From: a virus
Taxonomy: Duplodnaviria > Caudoviricetes
IMG/VR virus record: IMGVR_UViG_3300031772_007968
Coordinates: 1 to 55,946 of that record
Length of the DNA: 55,946 bases
Reading direction: 5' to 3' (one strand)
Shown: one piece after another, positions 28,215 to 36,400 of the stretch
Layout: each line of letters starts with the position of its first letter
Position numbering within the stretch: position 1 is the stretch's first letter
The notes under the pieces: model-generated
Told to the model about the DNA's origin: nothing
Databases searched by the model: none
What the model saw: the letters and a program-made list of their open reading frames with translations, nothing else
Position numbers and translations under genes: made by a program

Positions 28215-31200
28215 ATGGCCGGACAGATAATCACGAGAAACTTGGAAATGACGTTCAAGGCCCTCAGGAGCGGCATGCCCATCCCAGAGATGCCTGAAAC
28301 CCACATCATGTCCCCCGACATGAGCTCATATGCCCCGCCCGTCATGGCCAGCACCGGCAGCGGACTGGTCAAAACGGCCTCAAGCGGCATCATCTACACC
28401 CAGCCCCAGTTCTTCAGCCCCATCCACACCCCCATCAACTGGCAAATCCCGAGCAAGCGCAAGGAGCTGTACCAGTGGTCCCGCTACTATTGGGAAAACG
28501 AGCCCAAGGTTGCCACGGCGATAGAGTTCCTGTCCCGCTTCCCTGTGAATGGGTTCACACATGAGTGCAAGAACAGGCACGTTAAACGCTTCTACGACCA
28601 GTTTGCCAAGGATATCCGCCTCCTGAGGTGGCTCAGGATCATCAGCCACGAGGTGCATCTCTTGGGCGACTGTTTCCCCTTTCTTGAGATCGAATGCCGT
28701 AAGTGCGGCGGAGCGGGATACATCGGCGACCAGACGTGCGAGCACGGCGGTGGATCGTTCAAACGTCTCGTCATCCTCAATCCTGAATATGTCGAGGTGT
28801 ATTCGACCCCGTTGGTTCCCGATCCGGTCATCGCCTTCATCCCCAACGACGAGCTGAGGAACCTCGTCATGCGCCGTGGCCCAGGCCACGAGAAGCTTAC
28901 CGAGGAGCTCCGGAAGCTCATAGGAGCCGGAAAGCCCATCTCCCTCGACAACCGGTGCGTGTCCCACATCAAGTACATGGACAACGGCTACAACCGGTAC
29001 GGCGTCGGAATCGTCCGCAGGCTCTTCCCCATCCTCGCCTACAAGACGAAGCTAATGACGGCCCAGTGGATCGTCGCCGAGCGGCTCATCCTCCCGATCA
29101 AGGTTGTCAAGGTCGGAAGCGAGGAGAGGCCGGCCAGCGCCCAGGACTTGGCCAACGTGCAGGCGCAGCTTGCCCAGACGGCCAACGACCCCAACCTGAC
29201 ACTCGTCACCCACCATGCGTTCGAACTTGATTGGTTCGGTGCTTGCCACGACGACCAAACGGAAGTCCTGACAGAAACAGGGTGGAAGAAATTCACGGAT
29301 GTGACAGTGGGCGAAAAAGTTATGGGATACGATTCCCAAACCGGAACGATGAGCTATCAATTGCCCGAGGCAAGGCAAGAATACGACTACAACGGAACAA
29401 TGGTAACGATTTCTGGCAAACACATGGACGCTTGTGTGACCCCCAATCATACGATGCTTGCCAAGGTCAGAAAATGGAATAACGACAAACTTGGCTATGA
29501 TCATTCTGAATGGTGCAAGATCAGAGCCGACCAAGTTGTAGAAAACACGAAGTTCAAAGTGACGGCTGAATGGATTGGGGCCATCCCCCACGATCTTCCA
29601 TATAAGAAAATCCAGAAATTGTCACATCTCCCGTTGAATAACTATCTGACATTCCTTGGATATTTCCTTTCCGAAGGAGGATTCAAGGTTGACAACGGTG
29701 TAATCAATGCGTTCCACATTTCGCAATCCGAAGGAAGTTATTGTCTTGAGGATATTCGAAGGATAATGGGATTGCTCTCAAACAAGGTTCAAGAATCCAG
29801 GGATGAGAGAAGAGAACTGGCAAACATACAGTTCATAATCAATGACAGCGCGTTTGCAAGGGAACTTGTGACACATACTGGTCTCAAGGCTCACGAAAAG
29901 AGAATCCCAAGATGGGTTCTTGATCTTCCAAAAAGCGAATTGACAATCTTGTTGAATGCCTTGATGGCTGGAGACGGCAATGTAAGATTTTCTCCAAGCA
30001 CGTTGCCGAGGTTCAAATATTCTTCCGTATCTGAAGGACTTGCCGACGATGTATTGGAACTGACATTCAAACTTGGTTACAATTCAAAACTTGCTTTGGA
30101 AAAATCTGACAATCCTGACCACAGGGATATTTATCGCGTCTGCTGGGCATGCGAGTGCATGGAGGCGTCTGGCGGTGAAAGAACCGTCAAGGATAGGAAT
30201 ATTGGAAGAACCGAATATAACGGTAAGGTTTACTGTTTTACTATGCCGACTGGATTTCTTGTAACCCGCCGCAACGGCAAGATCGGCATTCATGGAAATT
30301 CGGGGAAGATTCTCCAAGTCACCGGAGAGTTTGAACTGATCAACCAGGAGATCCTTGACGGTCTCGGGATCAACAAGGCACTGCTTAACGGTGAAGGGCC
30401 CACATATTCGAACGCAGCGATCGGTGTCGAGGTGATGATCGACAAGCTGGAATCATGGCGGCAGGATTTGGCCGAGTGGGTCGAGCAGAAGATCTACCTT
30501 CCGCTTGCCATCATGAAAGGCTTCACCCAGAAGAACGAGTGGGGTGAGGACGAATGGGTGTATCCGCGCCTGAAGTGGAACATCATGCATCTCCGCGACC
30601 AGCAGCAGTATCGGCAGTTCATGCTGCAACTTCACGAGAAGCAGGCCATTTCAACACAGAGGCTTCTGGAATCGTTCGACATCAACTATGACGAAGAGGT
30701 CGAGCTCCTCAGGTATGAACGTGCACAGGGAGCCATTGGAGGCCCGCAGCCTGGAGCCGGCGGTCCTGGGATGGGCGGTGGGTTCGGCGGCGGGGCACCA
30801 GGCGGGATGCCCGACCTCAGCGGCCTCGGCGGCGGCGGGGGGATGCCTCCCATGCCTGAGCTTGGCGGGGCCCCTGGCGGCGGCGGGGCACCTGGCGGGG
30901 CCCCTGGCGGCATGCCCGGCGGCGGGGCTGGCGGGGCGCCCGCTCCTACGGCCGGAGCCAAACTGTCTGCGACAACGGCCAACATACAGGATTTTGGCGG
31001 GAAGGTTCTCAAGGAGAAGACTCGGGGCAAACTTGAGAAACAGAGGCAGAAACTCTTCGAGACCAATTCTGGACCGTCTAGGGATGAGAAGGGCAGGGTG
31101 ATGTTCACTGGTCCCGAAAGGCAGATCATGAAGGAGATCATCGCCTCATCCAGGAGGGGCGACATCAAGCAGCGGATCTTCCCGCAGTACCCGGTCAAGT

Positions 31201-31475
31201 TCGGATCGGAGGAATACACGATTGATTTCGCCATGCCGGACATCAAGCTTGGCGTTGAGGTGGACGGCGAACTTTTCCATTCGACGCCCGAACAGATATC
31301 CTCCGACAGGCAGAGGGATTCCAAACTCTCCTCGCTCGGTTGGACTATGCTAAGGTTCACTGACAGGGAGGTAGACTCCGAGATGAGGCAGGTCATGGAA
31401 ACGGTCATCAAATATGTGACTCAGAAAGAGGCACTTCTGAAAAGTGCATCCGAATCCCAGACTCCCCGAAAGTGA
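28215..31475 (+). CDS. Portal protein with intein, Gly/Pro linker and C-terminal DUF559/Vsr-like nuclease domain
   Basis: Portal-like EPKVATAIEF, LLGDCFPF, LNPEYVEV, SHIK...YGVGIV, EILDGLGINKALL; C-terminal YTIDFA...LGVEVDGELFH...DRQRD...GWTMLRF; lies upstream of protease and MCP. Confidence 0.85.
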   Translation: MAGQIITRNLEMTFKALRSGMPIPEMPETHIMSPDMSSYAPPVMASTGSGLVKTASSGIIYTQPQFFSPIHTPINWQIPSKRKELYQWSRYYWENEPKVATAIEFLSRFPVNGFTHECKNRHVKRFYDQFAKDIRLLRWLRIISHEVHLLGDCFPFLEIECRKCGGAGYIGDQTCEHGGGSFKRLVILNPEYVEVYSTPLVPDPVIAFIPNDELRNLVMRRGPGHEKLTEELRKLIGAGKPISLDNRCVSHIKYMDNGYNRYGVGIVRRLFPILAYKTKLMTAQWIVAERLILPIKVVKVGSEERPASAQDLANVQAQLAQTANDPNLTLVTHHAFELDWFGACHDDQTEVLTETGWKKFTDVTVGEKVMGYDSQTGTMSYQLPEARQEYDYNGTMVTISGKHMDACVTPNHTMLAKVRKWNNDKLGYDHSEWCKIRADQVVENTKFKVTAEWIGAIPHDLPYKKIQKLSHLPLNNYLTFLGYFLSEGGFKVDNGVINAFHISQSEGSYCLEDIRRIMGLLSNKVQESRDERRELANIQFIINDSAFARELVTHTGLKAHEKRIPRWVLDLPKSELTILLNALMAGDGNVRFSPSTLPRFKYSSVSEGLADDVLELTFKLGYNSKLALEKSDNPDHRDIYRVCWACECMEASGGERTVKDRNIGRTEYNGKVYCFTMPTGFLVTRRNGKIGIHGNSGKILQVTGEFELINQEILDGLGINKALLNGEGPTYSNAAIGVEVMIDKLESWRQDLAEWVEQKIYLPLAIMKGFTQKNEWGEDEWVYPRLKWNIMHLRDQQQYRQFMLQLHEKQAISTQRLLESFDINYDEEVELLRYERAQGAIGGPQPGAGGPGMGGGFGGGAPGGMPDLSGLGGGGGMPPMPELGGAPGGGGAPGGAPGGMPGGGAGGAPAPTAGAKLSATTANIQDFGGKVLKEKTRGKLEKQRQKLFETNSGPSRDEKGRVMFTGPERQIMKEIIASSRRGDIKQRIFPQYPVKFGSEEYTIDFAMPDIKLGVEVDGELFHSTPEQISSDRQRDSKLSSLGWTMLRFTDREVDSEMRQVMETVIKYVTQKEALLKSASESQTPRK
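29244..30299 (+). mobile_element. Intein (352 aa) with LAGLIDADG endonuclease
   Basis: Begins FGA|CHDDQTEVLT; block B VTPNH; FLGYFLSEGG and LNALMAGDG; ends TRRNGKIGIHGN|S; visibly AT-richer than flanks. Confidence 0.92.
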
Positions 31476-31526
31476 CTTGTGTTGAGAACCCCGTTACGCA
31501 GTGGAACGATTTCCGGTATCTTTGTG

Positions 31527-31554
31527 AAGGGAAATCCACTGGGGATGGAGAATT
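31527..31554 (+). promoter_or_regulatory. AAGG-N19-GAATT motif
   Basis: Upstream of 31599. Confidence 0.65.
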
Positions 31555-31598
31555 GTGTCACTAGTGGATCCGATTAGTCGTTTTGGAGGCTCAAGATT

Positions 31599-33401
31599 AT
31601 GACTGATGTGGCCTTTTCCAACAGGTTGGCAAAAACCAAATTGGCCGAAAAGCCCATTGTGTGGTCGGAGGCATACACTGACAGGGCAAAATTCCTCAAG
31701 GAGCAGTTTGAGGACGTCGTGGGCGAGGGAAGCTATTTCAGGTTCGAGGGCAGGGACAGTGAAAGTGGGGACGAATATTTCGTCGTAGTAGGCCCCGCAA
31801 GAGTCAAGACTCCGATGGCGATGTTCTTTGCTGGCGTCAGGAAGCTCCCATCAGACTATGCAGCGGGCGGACTCTATTTTGCCGAAATGAAGGAGGCCAT
31901 GGAATATGCCGAGGAGACTTGGGGCGTCTCGAGGCCGAAGAACATGGGATATTTTGACGCATCCGACCTCCGCGGCATAGGCAAGCGTCTGAAGGAATGG
32001 CGCAGCGAAAAGGATGAAGGTTCCGAGAAGGCAGAGGAAGCTTCCACGTCACCGGTTATCGGAACGGGGAAAGATATTCCGGCCGCCAATCCAACCCCCT
32101 CCCAGAGCGTGACGCAGCCTGCTCAAACCACAGTGTCTGAAATCGAGAAGTCGGCCATGGCCGAACGGCGCAAGGGCAGGACGGGCTACCGGTGGTTCGA
32201 TCTCGACAACGTCATCGCGGGGAATTCCGAGTTCGAAAGGGAGTCGGCGACGCAACCCAGTCTCAAGGCCGCCCTGAACGAGGCTCTCAACGAGAGGGCG
32301 AAAAGGCGCATGCAAATCGCCAATTGGTACGGTCCCGAAAACATGGAGGCCGACTTCTACAAGATATGGCTTTCCCACAAGCCCGACGAGGGGACGTACA
32401 TGGTCGCCGTCGGTCCGTATCTCGGCACGCACTACGGTCAGGCCAAGGACAAGTTCTACATGGGTGTCAAGAAGCTCAACTTGGCCGACCAGCACGAGAT
32501 TGACGAGAAGGTCAGGAGCCTGATCGAGGAGTACGCACGCGAATATGGCGTCAGGCTGACGCGAGACGACCTCAATATCCCGCTCGACGACAAGCCCATG
32601 GTGGGCGAAATAACCGTCGGCAGGACGGGGAGACAGAAGATTTATGATTCCAGCAAATGGAAGCAGAACATCCTCGACTATTACGGCGTCGAGGACGGAA
32701 AGGGAGCTGTCTCCAAGCTGAAAGAGGAATATAAGAGGCGCAAGGCCGAATGGAAAACTCAGATGGATGCGGCATACGCCAGGAGCCAAGAGTCAGGAGA
32801 GGCGTTCATGAGCCAACAGCCGCCTCCCCCGAAGGTCGACCTTTCCAAGAGGGCGTACGGCCAGCAGCAGTTCGAGGCCGTATACCGCGAGGACAAGCCC
32901 GCCGAGGTTGAGGGCGAGGAAGCTGTCGTCAAGTTCGGTTTCGACAGCCTGCAGGAGGCGGTCGGAAGGCTTGGAGCCACGATGTGGGAGGGCGTCCCGA
33001 TGTCCGAAGTCCCGCCAACCACCTCAGAGGATCTGACAAATGCAAGGTTGGCACACGAGGAGAGAGTCAGAAGAGGAGAAACTCCCGCAGTATCAGTTCC
33101 TCCGAGAACGGCTCCGTCGAGGATCCCTCATCAGCCAGAGGTAAGAACAGAACCTGCACCGGCCGTTCCGGCTGGGAAACCGCAGGAGGCCAAGGCTCCC
33201 GCCGCAAAACCTCCTGAAAAACCTGTGACAAAGCCTCCGGTGAAAAAAGTGGAGGAAGTTCAGGAAACGGTTGACGTCCCCGACTTTTTCGCAAAGGCCG
33301 TCGAAGGTCTTGTGAAGCTCGCTCAGTCGTTCGACGAAAGGGGGATGCACGACAAGGCCGAAGAGGTGCACCGCATACTGAGGAAACACGTGGATTTCTG
33401 A
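31599..33401 (+). CDS. Hypothetical head-associated protein
   Basis: Between portal and protease; GGAGG RBS; internal duplication YFVVVGP...FFAGVRKL versus YMVAVGP...FYMGVKKL. Confidence 0.8.
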   Translation: MTDVAFSNRLAKTKLAEKPIVWSEAYTDRAKFLKEQFEDVVGEGSYFRFEGRDSESGDEYFVVVGPARVKTPMAMFFAGVRKLPSDYAAGGLYFAEMKEAMEYAEETWGVSRPKNMGYFDASDLRGIGKRLKEWRSEKDEGSEKAEEASTSPVIGTGKDIPAANPTPSQSVTQPAQTTVSEIEKSAMAERRKGRTGYRWFDLDNVIAGNSEFERESATQPSLKAALNEALNERAKRRMQIANWYGPENMEADFYKIWLSHKPDEGTYMVAVGPYLGTHYGQAKDKFYMGVKKLNLADQHEIDEKVRSLIEEYAREYGVRLTRDDLNIPLDDKPMVGEITVGRTGRQKIYDSSKWKQNILDYYGVEDGKGAVSKLKEEYKRRKAEWKTQMDAAYARSQESGEAFMSQQPPPPKVDLSKRAYGQQQFEAVYREDKPAEVEGEEAVVKFGFDSLQEAVGRLGATMWEGVPMSEVPPTTSEDLTNARLAHEERVRRGETPAVSVPPRTAPSRIPHQPEVRTEPAPAVPAGKPQEAKAPAAKPPEKPVTKPPVKKVEEVQETVDVPDFFAKAVEGLVKLAQSFDERGMHDKAEEVHRILRKHVDF

Positions 33402-33413
33402 CGGAGGAAGCAG

Positions 33414-36400
33414 ATGATCGAGAAATATGCCATATGCAGTTTTGTTGACATCGAGAGGATCGAGGGTGGATCCGCCGATCAGCTCATGAGCATGGTGAAG
33501 ACGGCCGCCAACAAGATCAGCATACACGAACACACTCCGTACAAGGATGTGATCGAGGCTGAAATCAAAAAGCATGCGACAGCTCTGTTTTTCAAGGCCA
33601 AGGCCATCGTCGCCGACGAGATGAACACCAACGGCGACTATTTCTCCAAGGAAGAGCTCAAGCGTGCCGCTCAGACGTTCGTCGGGGTTCCGTTCTATAC
33701 GAACCACAACAACAAGGACATCGAGCAGGCTCGCGGGAAGATAATCTTTTCCGAGTGGAACGAGAAGGACAACGCCATCTACGTCATCGCCTTCGTCGAC
33801 AGGGAAGCCTACCCCCACGTGTGCAGGGGCATCGAACAGGACTACATGACCGGCGTCAGCATGGGATGTTCGGTTGAATATTCCGTCTGCAGCATCTGCG
33901 GCCAAAAGGCCGAGAAGGTCGAGGAATACTGCTCCCACATCAAGAATCTCAAGGGCAGGAAGTTCTCCGGAACCGCCAAGGACGTGAGGACGGGGGTCGT
34001 CCGCCAGTTCAAGAACGCCCTCGTCTATGAGGACAACTACGGCGTCAGGTTCATCGAACTGAGCGGAGTCGGCGACCCAGCATGCAGGAGCTGCCACATC
34101 CAGGGCGTATTCGACAACCACGAAGCTCTTCTTCACAAGGCCGCATCCGTCGAGAACAACATCTACATGTATCGAGAGTCGTCCATGGCCAAGGAAGCGA
34201 GCCAGGAGGAGATCCAGCAGCTCCAACAGGCTCTTGCGACGCTTGAACAGATATCAATCGGCCTCATCAAGAACCGACAGAACGTCGAGGTGGAGTTCGC
34301 CAGCGACCTTGTGGCTATCCTTTCCGACCTCCAGAAGTTCACGGACGAACTGGTTGCGGCGGGATACGGACAACTTCAGGGCGCTCCAGCCGTTCCAGGA
34401 ACCGAACCCGTTCCTGGTATGGACTCTGGTGCGACAGCCCTCCCTCCCCCCGCCGCCGGGATGCCGAGTGTGGCTCCCGCAGTCGAATTTGGGTTGCCGT
34501 CTGCCACCCCAATGCCTGCCGTTGAGTCCGCTCCTGCCCCGGCTGCTGCCGTCGGAAGGGTTTCCGGAGCCCCAGGCAGGCCTTCCGTGAACAGGCCGAC
34601 CATGCCCACCCCTCCCGCCAAACCCATGGCTGCTGCGGCGGTCGTCAATTTGATGGCGAAAATAGCTGAAAAGGCCTCCGAAGTGTTTTCCCTTATTTCA
34701 CACTCGGATGCAGGAAAAACCGAAGAAATCAAGGAACAGGAGAGTTCAATGAAGGAAAACGAGAAAATTTCAGCGAATATCACTGAGCATAAGACCAGTT
34801 CAATCACAAACGGAGGATCCGCAATGTCTGATGTGAAAACCGCGGCAAGGACGGAAGCGCCGGAAGTTGTCAATGAGAAGCAGCTCGACACCGGCATCAA
34901 GTATCATCCGAGGACGGATTCGGCCCCGGATCAGGTGACCCAGGCGCAGCTCGAAGCGAAGCGCTCGGGCCAGGAACCCGAGGTTCTGAGCGAGAAGCAG
35001 CTTGATGCGAAGCGCACGGACGGGACTCCGACCGTCGTGACCCAGAAGCAGCTCGATCCCGCCCGCAAGGACGACGAGAAGGATCAGGTGACCCAGGCGC
35101 AGCTCGCGGTCCAGAGGACCGACAAGGAGCTGCAGTCCGTCACCGAGAAGCAGCTTGACGACAAGCCCGCCGACGTGTGGTCCAGGTCGGCCTTTGCGAG
35201 GAAGGCTGTGAAGACCGCCGCCGAGCATCTGGCCTCCGTGGTCAGCGTGCTGGCGAAGGTGGCTGTGAAATGCTCCGCGACTCCCGCCCAGATCAGGACG
35301 GCAGCCGGCGAAATGGTGTCCGGAACCAAGCAGAAGTCTGCCTTCCTCGACGCCATCACCTCGACCGACGCCAAGCCCGAGGCCACCGACACGCTCGACG
35401 TGGCGGCCAGGGCGAAGTATTGGGGCGGAAGGGGCATCACCATCGCATCGGCGACGGCGGCCGACATCATGGACACGGTCCGTTCCGGCCTGAAGTCCCT
35501 TGTCGCATCCGATGAGAAGATCCACCCTGAGACGGTGGCGGACGTTCTCGAAGTCGTCGCCGAAGAGGCGGACAGCGAGAAGGAAATTTCTGCGGCGGTT
35601 GACGCCATGATGGATGCCAAGCAGGCGGACTCCAAGCCAGCCGCATCCGCGAAGGACGACATCCGCAAGGCCCTGAAGACCGACAAGTCCCCGGCGGCGA
35701 AGCCGGAGGCCGTCCAGGCACGGGCTGACGAGCGGAAGAAGATCCTCGCGGCGGTTAGCAAGCCGACCCACAAGATCGAAGCCTCGATGAGCGAAATCGG
35801 AATCACAAGGGAGATGCTCAAGTCCGACGAGAAGGCGGCTCGGAAGCTCATCGTCGGTTTCGCGAAGGGCGCGATGGCCGGACAGAACAAGAAGGTCGCC
35901 GCAGTCACCAACGTGACGATTGACGGCGACGTCATCCAGATCGCGGTCTCGACGGACGAGAGTGCGGCCGAGGTGGAGGTCCCTTTGGCGGGTGAGGGCA
36001 TAGGCCCCGAAGCCGCCCCGAAGGAAGGCGACGTGACGGGCGAGAACCTTGACGCCCTTACGATGCCGCCCCCGGCGGCAGCCGCCCCTGCCCCTGCGGC
36101 CCCCGGACTCGGACTGCCTCCCGCTGAGGCTCCGCTGCCCGTTGCCGGTGCGAAGGTTGAATTGAAGAAGGAAGCCCAGGTCGGCGGAGGCCAGCCCGGA
36201 ACGGCTTCGAACATGCCTTCGGTAGGCGGACCTGGCGATGCAGGAACAGCGGTTCCAGAGCCGCCCCCCGCGATGGACGCCGGACTTGAGTCCTTCACGA
36301 AGGACGAGGCCAAGGGCGAGCTGCCCGAAGCCGGCGAACAGATGATGCCCGGAGCGATCTGCCCGTTCTGCCGCTCGACCGACACGACTGTCGGCCAGGA

